Source of the DNA: Lama glama | Lineage: Eukaryota | NCBI GenBank assembly: GCA_028534125.1 | Contig: CM052816.1 | Coordinates: forward strand, 11,534,001 to 11,598,000 | Length of the DNA: 64,000 bases | Direction: 5' to 3' | Part shown: positions 11,261 through 25,478 of the stretch, one piece after another | Position numbering within the stretch: the stretch's first letter is position 1 | Layout of the letters: the number at the start of each line of letters is the position of its first letter | Program-made: the position numbers and the translations under genes | The notes under the pieces: generated by a model | Database searches by the model: none | What the model was told of the DNA's origin: nothing | What the model saw: the letters and a program-made list of their open reading frames with translations, nothing else

Positions 11261-14200
11261 TCTATTTTAAGGCTAAGTTAACAGCCACGATGTCTTCATA
11301 AAGGACAGCAGGTATTTTATAAATATCTATTGGAAATTTCTAGAAGAAAAACTAAGAAAGGCTGATTTTTAGCAATTAAGTTTCTACTGACTATATATAC
11401 TATTTCTACTGAATACACATACTAAGGATGATTTTTCCTCTTAAATTTGTTTGTAAAATTAGAAAAATACTTTTGCTAATGAACTTTTGTAGCCCTCCCA
11501 GTCACTCCCATATCCCTTGAGAATAATACTGTAAAATCTATCTGTTGAGACGCGTTGCTTTTCTATGGTAATTATTTTGATTTTCATAACTTAATTTTGT
11601 CAAGATTTGTTTGTTATTCTCTGATATTCGGCTATTAAAATAATTTAACAGTGGAATGATTTTCAGGCAACATAAATACTTCCAATAAAAAGATTAAAAT
11701 ATTTTTTGAAATCACAATCATTTTGCTTATTCCCTCTTAGCCAGAACAATGGAACTATTGTTCGCCAACATTCTTTGCTTCCTGTTCTTAACTATTTCCT
11801 GACTCTGTTTATGTTTTCTCATAGCTGTGGACTCTTCTGTCTTTCCAGGATACCGCAGAAAGGAACGATGTCAAGAAACCTTAAGTAGTCTTCTGCTTTT
11901 TAACACGAACTCTCGACAGCAGAATCTGTTGGTTGGATGTGCAGGACAGCATTGCCAGGTTCACGATGTGCAGTGTTACCCAGATGGGTACCGCCCTTTG
12001 CTATCTCATGAGAGTTACAGCTATACAGACAGATATTTACAATATAGTTTGACAAGTTCTGGGAGCGGGGAATTACAGGGAGCATTTGGACCATGTAGAA
12101 GGGGCACCTAGCGTAGCCCAAGTGGGGTTAGAGAGGTTTCCCAGAGGAAGAGGTGTGAGCTTGTTGGCTTATTTTCCTTACCCTTTAATACTTTTCGTCT
12201 CATTATAAACACATCTACTAATGATTACGTTTATTTATTCCATCAACAAGTATTTATTGAGGACTGCAAATCTGGAGCTTACATTTTGGTAGGGGGATAT
12301 TGACAACTAAAATATATTTATTTAGAGACAACTAAAAATATGTATACAATACAGAATAAAACATATATCTGATAAAAGTATCTATGTATGTATATAATGT
12401 ACAGTGTGTTAGAAAATGATAAATGCTTTAACACAAAAAAAATCCTTCTGGATGCAGGGGTGGGGAGTTGGGAGGGGGTGCAATTTTAAATTAATTTTGA
12501 GGGAAACCTCATTGAGAAGGTGTCCTTTAAATAAAGGCTTAAAGGAGGTGAGGGAGTGAGTTGTGAAGGTATCTGGGGTAGGATTATTCCAATCCATGGA
12601 AACAGCACAGGAAGGAGAGTGTGGTATATTTGAAGAGCAGCAAGGAAGCCAAGGTGGCTGGAGCACTGTGAGCAAGAGGACAAGTGGAGGTCAGAAAGGA
12701 AAGCGTGTGTGTGTGTGTCAGTGGGGCGGGCAAGCAGGGAGACAAGCTAGGGGGCCTTCCTCTGAAACCACTGGAAGAGTGGGTGTTACTGTGAGTGAGG
12801 TGCTGCTCTGGATGGGGTCTGTTTTCTGAACCCCCTCACACTCTCCTTCAACCCCTTCCTCTCACTGCTGGGGCAGGACACCTGCAAAAACTACACTTCC
12901 CAGAGTTCCTCGCGAGCAGGCGTCCTGTTAGTTTCTGCACTGGGAGGTACTGGCAGGACTGGAAGATGGGAGGAGGGAGGAGCCTTCTGTGTCTTTCCCG
13001 ATGAGGATCCTGGCAGCCTTCCCCACGTGGCAGCTGCACTAGCAGCAGGGGCAGCTGGGAACTCAGGCAGCTTGCTCCCAGCCACAGTCACTTCAGTGTC
13101 TGAGTGCAGATTTGATGTTGCGCCATATTCCTTCTGCTCCTCCAGCCTGGGGGTGGTGGTGGCTCCCTGCAGTTACTAAGCTTTGTCAGCAATTCCCTAT
13201 AATATATATTCCCTCTCTTTGAAATACCTAGAGTGGTTTCTGGTTGCCAACTGATGCAAATGTTTTGAGCAGAAGAGGGTCACCATCTGATTCATGTGTT
13301 AATAAGCCACTCTGACGGCTGTGTTGAGAGAAGACTATAGGGCAAAAGTGGAAGTGGGAGGCCAGTTAGGAGACCACTGCAGTAATTCTGGTGACAGCTA
13401 GTGGTGGCCTGGGCCAGTGTGGTTCCAGGAGGAAGTGGTAAGAATGGTTGGATTGTGGCTATGTTTGTCAGGTAGAGCCGTGAGTTTGACCTGCTGTCCT
13501 TTGTACTCAGAAATACTGCTTAAGACCTACTGTATGCAAAACATATTGGAGGTTTTTGCCTATGAGTGGAAATAAGTTTGCACAAAAAATCCACTTTCTG
13601 ATTTGTGTACCACAGACATTGCCAGTGTGGTGGGCAGTGTCAGGGGTAAGTTTAGGGTAAGGCTAGTCAATGAAGACTCCTCTGACTATAGGAATTCCTT
13701 CAGCCTTAGAAACAAATGAGAAGGTTAAAAATAACATTGTGATGCTGTGGTCAAAATAAAAAGAATGCTGTATCCTTTTAAAAATGTTTTTTTAAGTTTT
13801 TTTAAATTTCAAAACATTTTAAATAAATACATGTTTTCAAAAGGCACAACATCTGTCCATTCATTAATTTTTTGAGCAATTTTTCACTGGATTTCTACTG
13901 TGTTTCAGGCATTTGTACTAGTTCCTCCGGACTCAAAGGTAAAAACATACTTAGTACTTATCATTAATGAGATTACAATCTCCGGCCTCTAGTCAGCATA
14001 ATGAATGAATCTGGCTTCACAGCTTGCGGAAGGCGCTGTTGCTGCCCTTTGCTGCTTCCTCCAGTGACTCTCGGTTTCTCTGCTTGGCTAGCTTAACTGG
14101 GCCAGCGTCAGGGCTGTATTGCAGAATTTGTTTACTGTTTTTTTTTTTTTTAACAAGCCTGTATCAGCTGTACTGTGTGCAAGACACTCTTCTAAGCACT

Positions 14201-14444
14201 CCACACTTACTAATACCTTGAATCGTCCCAACAGCTGAATTAATTCGGTTAAGAGGTTACCTCCTAGTCTCACACTTGCTGTTCCGTTCCACGCCACACC
14301 TACCCAGACTATAAACCCTCAGGCCCTTTCTGTGATCCTCAGAAACATCTTGCCTTGCTAGGCCTTTGTGAAAGTAAGAGCCTGTATGAAAATGGGAGCT
14401 GATACTGTCTGGTAGTAATGAGACAAACTAACTTGGCAAGGCCT

Positions 14445-15130
14445 TTTTTTTTTTTTTTTAACTGAAGTATATAGTAGGTTACAATGTTGTGTCAGTTTCT
14501 GGTGTACAGCATAATGCTTCAATCATACATATACATACTTATATTTGCTTTCATATTCTTTTTCATTGTAGGTTACTACAAGATATCAAATACAGTTCCC
14601 TGTGCTATACAGAAGAAACTTGTTTATCTATTTTATATATGGTAGTTAGTATCTGCAAATGTCAAACTCCCAATTTATCCTTTCTTACCCTCCTTTCCCC
14701 CCCCCCCCGGCAGCTATAAATTTGTTTTCTATGTCTTGAGTCTGTTTCTGTTTTGTAAATAAGTTCATTTGTGGTATTTCTTTTTAGATTCCACATATGA
14801 TGATATCATATGGTATTTTTCTTTCTCTTTCTGGCTTACTTCACTTAGAATGATAACCTCCAGGTCCACCCATGTTGCTGCAAATGGTATTATTTTATTC
14901 TTTTTCATGGCTGAGTAGTATTCATACACACACACACACATACACACACCCCTTCTTTATCCAGTCATCTGTTGATGGGCATTTAGTTTGTTTCCATGTC
15001 TTGGCTGTTGTAAACAGTGCTGCTATGAACATTGGGGTGCATATATCTTTTCAAATTAGAGTTCCCTCCAGATACATGCCCAGGAGTGGGATTGCTGGAG
15101 GATTTGGTAAGTCTATTTTTAGTTTTTTAT
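14445..15130 (-). mobile_element. 5'-truncated L1 (3' UTR and end of ORF2)
   Basis: Poly-T at the left end, CTGGCTTACTTCACTTAGAATGAT, CATGTTGCTGCAAATGG and CCCAGGAGTGGGATTGCTGG. Degenerate TSD aacttggcaaggc / aatttagcaagac. Confidence 0.92.
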
Positions 15131-16649
15131 AATTTAGCAAGACTTCTTTTGCTGACGGTGCTGGCCACTTTCAACCATCCTGCTAGTTCCTCCTTCCTCT
15201 TCTGCTTTTCCACCCCTGTTCACCCGCTGTTTGTATTGCTCTGTTAGGTAGAATGACTCATCTTCAGGGCCCCTGTTCCCAAACATGGCTAGGCCTCAAG
15301 GCCCATCTTCTCCTCCACACAAAGAACTGCAGGGCCAGGGGTTTCCCTTCAAGACCCCATCCTTCTTGGAAGATACTTGTGGTTTAAAATGGTTTATCTC
15401 CCCCTCCCTTCCTGTCCAGAAGATTCTGTCGGGTGGGGAGGGCAGAGTCCATACTCCTTAAACCGTTGTCCCTAAAACAACTCTACCTTTTTTGTTTTTA
15501 TTTTGGCTTCTTTTTTTTTTTTTTCCAGGTAAGATCCCTTTTGAAGAGAATGTGGCATGTTTAAAATGCTTTTTGAAATCCACATAATTTACCTTTCCAA
15601 AGACATCAATTAAGCTTACATTTATAGGAAAGGTGATGTTGTTCTTATGCTAAGTCTTCTGAAAATATAAAGTGCTGTATAAAATATTCATTTAGACCTG
15701 GGCCAGTGACATTTATAAGACATTTCTGGGGTTCACCAGAGCTTAATCTGAGTGAATTTTATGGTAAAGGTAAAGTTGAAAGAAATATTCGCAGTTGTTT
15801 TTATCACCTGTCCTCATTAGTTGCTTCTCCTCATTTTCTAATTAAACACAGTAATTATAGAGCGTTCACATTCATGCAATTATGTGAGGGAGAAATGGAG
15901 TTATGTCAGGTGTTGGAATTATGGCATATAATTACTGCCTGTATTAAGGGACATGTACAGCCCAGAGAAGAAAAGACCTGGAACCATGATGCAGTAGAAC
16001 TTCCTCATTGCTCGGGGTAGGAGGTGGGAATGGGGCAGTTAAATTGAGCCTCGACAAAACTAGACTCAACACTATCTCCTTTAGCACCACGAGGTTCCCC
16101 TTAGCATCCCTTTTGTCCAGCGGCTAAGCACTTCTTTCCCTGTCAACGATTGTTTCTCAGAAGATTGGGCCATTAATTCACACTAAAATGTGAATGGCTA
16201 GTGGATTGTTGACCATGTCTGCTTTTAGATTCAAAGTGTTTTATTATTGAAGATGTCCTGAGAGTCAGGCCATGTGTAAGACACAAGGAGCCAGAAGATG
16301 AAACAGACAGTGTACCCTCTCTCAGGCACATTATAGTCTCACAGGGAACCAGAGATTTAAATAAAACATTGCGAAATAAAATTAGAGGTGCCCTAGGAGA
16401 GGAAGAGAGTAGAGAGTGAGTGACTCACCTTTACTTATGGGTCTCCTTCTTTCAGCCATGAGCTCCTTTAAGGGCAAGAAGTGTGCCTCATCTATCACCA
16501 TATCCCCAGCACCTCCTACAGCGCCGGCTGCATGGACGGTGTTCAGTCAATATTTGGTGATTTGGTGTTTGCAGAGACAGGACATTTGGTTGCACACACA
16601 GGGCCTTCAGTGTCTTGTTGTCTTATGGGCCAGTGACTTGGGAAATTTC

Positions 16650-17210
16650 ACAGGTAGACAGTTTCTAAAACGGGTCCTATTGGTCCCCACCTCCTGGTAT
16701 TCCTGCCCGTGTGTAGTCATCCCCTTGAGTTGAACTAGACTTAGTGATTTGCTTCCAACAATAGGATAGGGCGAAAATGATGGATGCCACCTCTGAGAAT
16801 GGGCTGTAAAAGACCATGACCCTTCTCAGGCTTTCCTTGCTCTCTCCCCTAGTGCCCAGCTGCCATGCCATGAGCTGCCTTGTGGAGAGGTCACATGACA
16901 AGGAACAGAGGGTGGCTTCCTGCCAATAGCCAAGAAAGAATGGGGGCCCTCTGTCCAACCACCTGCTAGGAACTGAATCCTGCCAACAGCCACTTGCATG
17001 AACTTGGAAGGGGCTCTTTGCCTCATTGAGCTGGAGACTCAACCACACCTGATGTCTTAATTGCAATCTTTGTGGGAGACCTGGAGCCAGACCCACTCAG
17101 CTAAATGCTGCCCGGATCCCTGGCCTCCAGGATGATAAACGGAAGATCATAAATGTTGTTTTAAGCCAGTAAGTTTGGGGACCATCAGTCCCATAGGGAT
17201 AGATAATCAG
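16650..17210 (+). mobile_element. MaLR (MLT1-type) solo LTR
   Basis: Contains GGAACTGAATCCTGCCAACAGCCAC and AAATGTTGTTTTAAGCCAGTAAGTTTGGGG. Ends are approximate. Confidence 0.8.
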
Positions 17211-18730
17211 CCCAGGGTACGTCTACCTTCTGTCTAGGTCCTTATTATTAGATCCAAAGGGTTTCCCCATGAAGATGAATACTCACAGTCATTTGTTCTT
17301 TGTTTAATGCTCCATTTATTAAACTCATAAATCTAATACCCCAAACTGAAAACCAATTTTTCTTGGGGCTTTTAAACATTGATTACAAATTTATTAAGCA
17401 TATCATTTTAAATAATTTGAACTAACTGCTACTATATATTTAGAATGGCAGATCCTTTTAAACACTTCAAAGCCTTAATTCATAAACATAAAACAAAGAC
17501 TATAGAACTTGTTGCTATAGTTTCACTTAAATTTACTCTGAGGCATTCATATCATTGGTTTTAATGACTTTCTTATTTCCCTTCTTGTTTTTCTATGTTT
17601 GTTTTGACATACTGTCAGGGAATCAGTATTATGACTTTTATTCCTTTCCTTGGGTCACAAAATTCTTAGTGGCCCCCGAAGAAAAGATTACCTTATCAGA
17701 ACAGCTTAGACTGCAGGACTTGGTTTATCGACTGATTAATTCTTGGTTATACTTATTCATTTCTCGCAAGGTGATTCTAACCCAAACCACCTTTGTTCAG
17801 TAAGCTTTTCTATAGTCAAATTGTATCTGTTAATGTCAGTGAGACTATTGCAGGCCTTATCTTATGCCTCAGGTTTTAATTTTTCAACCTGATATCTATC
17901 TCTGGTTTTTAAAAATTATTGCATGGCCATTGGGATGTAAGCCATTATCTTGTCACACTCAAATATTGATTTTGTCTCTCGGCATTAAAACCTTACATCT
18001 CCCTTATTCTCATTGAGACTCAGTCTCCTAGGACTTGGGAGGTTGAGTCTGTGTAGTTAGCGCTCCTTTGCAGGTCACTGGCTGATGCATCCTACTGGCC
18101 AACACCGCGGAACCGGCTTTCTGGTTGGGTGCCGTGGGCGCCTACCCAGACGGAATCGTCCTTCGTGTTCTTGGCATCTGCTTTTTCTGGGGCTACTTGG
18201 CTTACAGTTTCCAATGTTTCTTCTTCTTAACAGATAAAGCAGGCATATGACTGTGTTCTACAAACATACAAGATTAATAGAAGAAACAGCAAAGCCTCCT
18301 AATTATTAAACTCAATACAAAATAAACATCATCTCGTACAGCCACCATTTTCTATTGCAGTGATCTTTTGGGCAGGCGTTGTATTGTCTTTTCTATTTTG
18401 AGTCATTTTGAATTCACGCTTGTTCACAAGACCTGTTCTATAAACCACGATGATGGTGGTGATGGTGGCGATGATGGTGATGGTGATTTTATTGCTCAAA
18501 TTGTACCTTCATCTTAAGACGTATTATCTTTTTTCAAACGGACCAGACTAAACCATAGTTTTAGGGTTGTACATTTGGGTGATAAAGACCATAAAAGAAT
18601 ATAAGAAAGTCATTATTCTAAAAGTGAGGATGTGCAGAAGGGGAGCAGGGGTGGGGTCAGAATGAGGCTCATGGAGGGATCTTAGGGAATAGGTGGCAAA
18701 GTTCTAGTTTTTGACCTGGGCAGGTATTTG

Positions 18731-18731
<1 letters not shown>

Positions 18732-18776
<45 letters not shown>
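18732..18776 (+). repeat. (TG)n microsatellite, about 22 units
   Basis: Direct reading. Confidence 0.97.
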
Positions 18777-18777
<1 letters not shown>

Positions 18778-20769
18778 GTATTTGTGCTTTATTTTTACAA
18801 CAAGAATTTTATTTTAAAAACTGTCACCGTATGGTCAGTAGGGAGCCCTTTGTGTTGACTTCTTTATCCTTTATTATTATTATTTTTTGACTCCTTTGTC
18901 CTTTCTACATTGCTCCTGACATTCTTAAAAACATTCTTGCTTTTTGGCAACAATAGGATGTTGGAGAAATGTTCTGAATTTTTTTTCTGTCCTGCATCAT
19001 GAAATTAGCTGTCTTTCAAAGGATTCTGTTTCCTCTTAATAGGAAATAATTCTAAAGACCAGGAGCTAGGCTCTAGGCGTGCACACGAGAACGTGTGGTG
19101 AGCAAGAGTGCCTTGCTGCTGCTGCTGGGCCACTGAGAACTGAAAACACGCTTACTCAGGGCATTATTTCACAGTGATATTTCCAATTTAACGTATGGTA
19201 TTGCTATTCTGTATTTTTCTTGTATTATATAAGGTTTCATCAACTATAAGCCTTAATCCTGAATTGACTTTTTTTTTTTTTTGGTATGATGAAACTTCTG
19301 AAAGGAGTCAAGACATGTTTTATATCACGTTCTCCTCTTTGGTACAGTAATTTACAAACTTCTGTCATTCATATAATTACTTTTTTTTTTTTTGCAAATT
19401 TGCCAAGATCATCATTTTGTATCACCTATGTTATCGTTTTCTTAATATTTTTATTGAATCAACATTAAACTGACCCCTGAAGAGAATTATTTTCATAGTA
19501 AGCAGTAATATCTGTGAAATTATAGGGTTTCCTTAATGAGATGTATACTTTTCCAGTATCCATTAAGATGATGATATATGAGTATTGGAATTTGAGAGGA
19601 CTCAATAAATGTCATCTTCCTCTCTCAAGTTTAGCACCACCTGAAAGTTAGACAAGAATCAGGAAAAAGGTACTCAAAATATGAGGTTTATTACTAATAA
19701 AATACGCACAGGGGAATTTGCTTGGGTGCTGGACGATTGTGGTCTCCCTAAGAGTGGACCTCAGGCCTGGACAGACACAGCCTCCTACAGGTCTTCCTGC
19801 GTGTGGCCGCATTTCCCTCACAGCCAAGGACAGAGCACAAGTGTCTTCCCTGGAGGAAACAGACACAAAAATGAGGAGAGAAAGACTGAGCTACCAAACT
19901 CACCAACTGGGCAGGAGTGAGTGAGGGAGCAGGGAAGGGCCGGGAACACTAAGCTGATGGATGCTTCTATAAATAAAGCACAAAGTCAGGGGAAATAACT
20001 ACCAAGTTGCATGTTTGTCCATGTATTGAGTCAAGACATCTACATACACCTTTTGGGGAGTCCTGCTCTTGTGAACAGTGTTATGCTAAAGTGCCTGCCA
20101 AGTTCAAGTTCACCATGTCCAGTATTGCTTGGTTACCTTCTCTGCATCTCAGTTTATCTGTTATACTTAGAGGGACAAATTTAATGTAGAAGAATCTGTC
20201 TGAATCCAAACCAGAGTGAGTCATATTGACAACATACCACGTATACCATCTGGGCCACTTTTCAGACACTTGTGTTAAACTATCATTACAAAATCACAAT
20301 CAAAAAGTTCTAGCCCTTCTTATGTCACTGGCTGTTTTTTGGCTACACTTGGGCAAAGTCTTATGAGTTTTCATTCTTCACTTCCTTAACTGAGTCAGGG
20401 ATATTTATCCCATTTGAACATTTTCATACAGTAGCTTCCTATGATCAAGCTCCATAGAATCCATAGAATGACAGTGCTTAAAGGAAACAGTAGAGACACA
20501 CTAACTCTCCCTTGTACAGAGATGAAGAAACGAAGGTCTGAAGAGGCAAAGGGCTTGTCCAAGGTCACATCCTACTTAACTGACTTACCCCAGAATTGGA
20601 GTCTCATTAATTTTTTAATGCTGCCCCTGGGCCTTTTAAACATTAAGTCAAAATGGGAAAGCAATGTGTCTTGGCAGAGAAAAATTATTTCATATCATTT
20701 TCTATCTCTTATAAATATTATATATATATAATATTTATTTATATTATATATGTAATAGATATAATATTT

Positions 20770-20860
20770 TTCCCCTTTAACGGAGGCACTGGGGATTGAA
20801 CTCAGGATCTCGTGCATGTGAAGCACATGCTCTAACACTGACTTACATCTCCCACTCCCC
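20770..20860 (-). mobile_element. tRNA-Ala-derived SINE (diverged)
   Basis: GGAGGCACTGGGGATTGAACTCAGGA...AGCACATGCTCTAACACTGA. Confidence 0.8.
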
Positions 20861-21448
20861 TAAAATACATTTTGAATCTCTCCATTCTTTTCCTTATTCC
20901 ATAGCATTACCATAGTCCAATCAACACCACCTCCTGTTTGAATCACTGCAATAACCTCAAAACAAGTCTTCCCCATTTCAACCTCCAATTAAATTTCTTC
21001 TCTTCACGTGAGATGTTCACTGGGTTTTGTTTTGTTTTTTTTCACCATCTTCCTTACACTCACTGTATTTCTGTTGCAAAAGACAGAAAAACACAATTCA
21101 CATGGTGGATGTAAGTCAATCTGGGCTAAGTTACGCTACGGTGAAGACCAACTCCAAGATGTCAGTGCTTTCATTTTTTTCATCTTGGTTGATGGGAGCT
21201 CTGCTGTCGGTGATGTGAAGATCTTGGGTTGACAAAGTCTCCACTGATGGGAATGTATGTGGTTGCTGTGGCCAGGGAAATAAACGTGATGGGGTGTGTG
21301 CCAGCTCTTAAGGACTTCTGCCTGGAAGTGACATACGTTGTCTGCTCACATTATATTGACCAGATCAAGTCTCATGTCTGACTTAAAGGAGTGAGGAAGT
21401 GCAGTCCTACCAAATGTCCAGGAGAAGCAGAACCAGGAAAAAAAAAAA

Positions 21449-21948
21449 NNNNNNNNNNNNNNNNNNNNNNNNNNNNNNNNNNNNNNNNNNNNNNNNNNNN
21501 NNNNNNNNNNNNNNNNNNNNNNNNNNNNNNNNNNNNNNNNNNNNNNNNNNNNNNNNNNNNNNNNNNNNNNNNNNNNNNNNNNNNNNNNNNNNNNNNNNNN
21601 NNNNNNNNNNNNNNNNNNNNNNNNNNNNNNNNNNNNNNNNNNNNNNNNNNNNNNNNNNNNNNNNNNNNNNNNNNNNNNNNNNNNNNNNNNNNNNNNNNNN
21701 NNNNNNNNNNNNNNNNNNNNNNNNNNNNNNNNNNNNNNNNNNNNNNNNNNNNNNNNNNNNNNNNNNNNNNNNNNNNNNNNNNNNNNNNNNNNNNNNNNNN
21801 NNNNNNNNNNNNNNNNNNNNNNNNNNNNNNNNNNNNNNNNNNNNNNNNNNNNNNNNNNNNNNNNNNNNNNNNNNNNNNNNNNNNNNNNNNNNNNNNNNNN
21901 NNNNNNNNNNNNNNNNNNNNNNNNNNNNNNNNNNNNNNNNNNNNNNNN
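21449..21948. other. Assembly gap (500 N)
   Basis: Run of N that follows a poly-A stretch. Confidence 1.
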
Positions 21949-23116
21949 TCAACATAGCATATTACAGTGTTATAAAAAACTAAGCACATCTATACTTTTC
22001 ACCCTTCATCCTGTCTAGAAGATGAAACAGAGTCCTGTTACAAACTGGCTTGGGTAAGTCCTATTGGTTGACTTACCTAAGATTTTAAGAGACTTTAAGA
22101 TTTTATTTTTATTAATCACTGTTGTTTAACTACTGAGAATTTTCATCTTAATGCAAACTTTCTTGTATGTATCCGAGTAAATGTGTTGGGCGTCAGCTTC
22201 TTCATCTGCAAAACGGGTAATGACGGTGTCTGGCTGCTGTGGTGAGGATGAAGTAAGTTAGCACATGCAGACTGCTCAAAGCAGCTCCACAAGGAACAGC
22301 TCCTGGCTTGCCTCAAGTGCCCAAGGAATGTTACCTGTTATTGTGAACAGCTTATATTAGTGCTTTATTTCCTTTATTATTTTACTTGAGTAGCAATTTC
22401 CTCTACCAGAGAACTTGTTTATATATTGTCTTATCTGAATTGCAGAAAAGATTCAGCACTTAGGGTTTGTAGGATGCCAGAAATACGAGAAATGTTAGAC
22501 CCAGCCCCATCTTTGAGAAACTGGCAATCGTGTTTCAGCAGAGTACTTTGAGTACTTTATCCTCTGGCTTGATTTTAGAAAATACCTCTCCAGGGGGCTA
22601 AATTTGGATTGTTAGGTTTTTGGAGGAGGGGTTTGTTGTTTTTTGTTTTGTTTTGTTTTGTTTTACCAGTTAGGATTCTCTAGGTTATAAGTAAGCCAGC
22701 TCAGACTGGCTTAGACTACAGAGTGGATTTGTTAGCTTATGTGTGGGGCGTTGAAAATAGCGTGGTATTCGGTCCACAGTGCTCACCAAAGTCCCAGGTT
22801 TTCCCATCTGTTGGCTTCTGTCATCACAAGAGTGGCATCAGACCAAGGCTGTCTCCCCATAGGATGTCTGCTGGCCAGAGTGAGAGACACTTCCTTGCTT
22901 ATATTCTAGAGGAGGAGGAATTAATTAACAGAAGGCCCCAGTAAACCTCTCTTCATGTCTCATTGGTCCATTCTGGGTCAGATGCCCATTCTATTGCTAA
23001 TTATTGGCAATGAAGGTCATCCCTAGGCCAGTAAGGCCCACCACTGAAGCTAGGGGTGCAATGAAGACCTGAAGGAAATCAGGTTCTATTTTGAACACAG
23101 AAGGACAGAATGAAGC

Positions 23117-23262
23117 GGGGAGGTTATAGCTTAGTGGTAGAGCACATGCTTAGCGTGCACGAGGTCCTGGGTTCAATCCCCAATATCTCCATCACATAAA
23201 TAAATAAACAAACCTACTTACCTCTCCCACAAAACAAAATAAAAAATTAAAAAAAAAAAAAG
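23117..23262 (+). mobile_element. tRNA-Ala-derived SINE
   Basis: A and B boxes, TGCTTAGCGTGCA and a poly-A tail. cagaatgaa flanks both sides (TSD). Confidence 0.9.
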
Positions 23263-25295
23263 AAACGCAGAATGAATGCAGAGTAAACCAGTTCCAAGCC
23301 CACCACCCTTTGATGGGAGAACCAAATCCTACTTTTCCTTATGTTCTAACATGTTCTGTGCCAGCTGCTCCAGAGATGCTTAATGAACACTGCTGGAAAG
23401 AACGGATAGTAAATAGACCTATGGAAGAATTATTTATTCCCCTTATGTAAGCCTCTAGAGTCCTAGGAATGTTTGTCTCAGGAACTAGCACGACCAGTTT
23501 TTTTCTTGTGTAACCGCCTTCCTTCTTGGCAACAGGACCACAGGCTCCCTCCAGTCCCAGGAGTGCTAGAGAGGAGGTTCGCACGGCCCTTTCTTCTGGA
23601 GCCCCCTGGCTGACTAATTATAAGCTGTGATGATCCTCATTCATTCCCAGGTCATGGGGCATCTTTTGGCTGGTTGGTATCGTATGCCACAGTAGATGAG
23701 TCGGTCTTTTCAGATTTATGCCCAGAGAAAGTGGCGTTTAAGCTTCTGCTTTATTCCAGCTCAGAGGTCAGGGAAGCAGATGCTGATGGTCTCATTAGCA
23801 TCTTGGGAGGACTAAGAATGATCTCCTCATCCTTTAGTCTAATCTGTTGTCCCAGGGAGACCGTGAGAGCCTCACTGGAATGTTATCTCATGGAGAAACA
23901 ACAGGCCGGCCTCGCCTCCTGATCACCATATGTAATCACAATGGTAATAACTACAGTTAAAAAAACACAGGTCTGTTTTGCTTAATCACAAGTAACTATA
24001 ATGTTAGGGTGCATGTGCCATAAGTAAACTGGTCACATCCCTGGAATTAACCCTTTGACTTACACGCTCAGTGTCTGTTTAATTTATCAGTTTGTTGGGG
24101 CTGCCATAACACATAACTAAGGAAGAGTCCATGTCTTAAGGGCAGGCTTGGGATGACCAAGTCCAGACAACTACTGCGTAACATCACTGGTAATAGTCAT
24201 TTGAACTCTTGGGAAGCTAAAAGCAAAGTCAGGACGCACTTTATTATTCTGAGACATCACTACCACACCAATTAGATATGCTCTTACTGGTGAGATTAGC
24301 CTGACTGGTGAGCAGACAGAGGTGGGAATCAGGCAGTTGCTTGATGGCTTAGGTTAATCCTGACCTGACCATTTTAGGAAAAGAGTATTTTTTCCAACCA
24401 GGAAAGGATTATTCAAAGTCCTTGTACGAGTCATCTGTTTCTAGGGGCAATTTCTCCAATATCTATGTTTCCCTCCTGAATTTCATTTTCTCATGCTTTC
24501 AGAAGTCACTGATACCTCTTTCGATTGACTTACTCTTTCTATAGAAACGTCAGTGCCTTTAATCGGAAAGCTTTTGTGTGCTCTGCCATCAAATCATTTC
24601 AGTTTTCTCTCAGTGACTTTGTATCTGTTAGTTCATACTTCTGCAGATAAAAATTTGAGGAGGCAAAATTCTACTCCCTTCGGATGAGTTAATTCACCTC
24701 TCCAAGCTTCAGTTTATTCGTCTGTCAGCTGTGGATAATAATGTTGATGGATGTGGTGGTGCTCCCCCCAGACCCCCTCTTGAGGGCCTGGGCTCCCCCC
24801 AGCCCCCATCCAAAGCTGTGCCCCTTCCTGGAAGTGGTCCTCCACTGTGCCTCACCCAGCTCCCTTGCCTCAGTGGGGGCTACCCAGCACCACGGCTTCC
24901 TGCAGGGCTGGCTGAGGTGTAGTTGGAACCATATTTTGGGGTAGTTTATCTCTTTGCCCAATCCTGCGTTCTTCACTTCTTCATGATTTTATCTCCTCAA
25001 GGTACTCCCGGTTGTCCTGGATGTAACTGAATGAGGATATTCTCATTTCTGCCTGATTTCATCAATCAGACAGCCAGTCCTTTGAGAAAAGCAGTAACTA
25101 GCTCAAGGCTTAGTTCAGTTGTGTTAAGTTTGCTACTTGTCTCTAAACCCACTCTTCCTTTGCCCTGGGGCTTCCATGTTTGCTTCCTTTCCCTCCCACC
25201 ATTCCAACCCTCCAGTACTTCACTGCTCACACCTTCCCCTAGAAAAATAGGTGGGAAGGGAAAAGATGGTAAACTTACTCACCCCGAGGCTGAGT

Positions 25296-25478
25296 AACCA
25301 ACAAGGTCCTACTGTATATGTGCAGCACATTGAACTACATTCAATATTTTGTAAAAGCGTATAATGAAAAAGAATATATATATATATATATGTATCTGAA
25401 TCACTATGCTGTACACCAGAAAGTAACAACAGTGTCAATCAACTCTATTTCAATAAACATTTTTTTAATTAAAAAAAA
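25296..25478 (+). mobile_element. L1 3' terminal fragment
   Basis: AACAAGGTCCTACTGTATA...GAATCACTATGCTGTACACCAGAAA...CAATAAA followed by an A-rich tail. Confidence 0.8.

Noticed and set aside
21372..21989. ORFs of about 180-285 aa spanning the N runs (also 47958-48815)
   Set aside because: Artefacts of the assembly gaps.
23117..23192. Possible tRNA-Ala genes (also 44007 and 63464)
   Set aside because: They have degenerate stems, A-rich tails and flanking duplications, so they are SINEs rather than tRNA genes.
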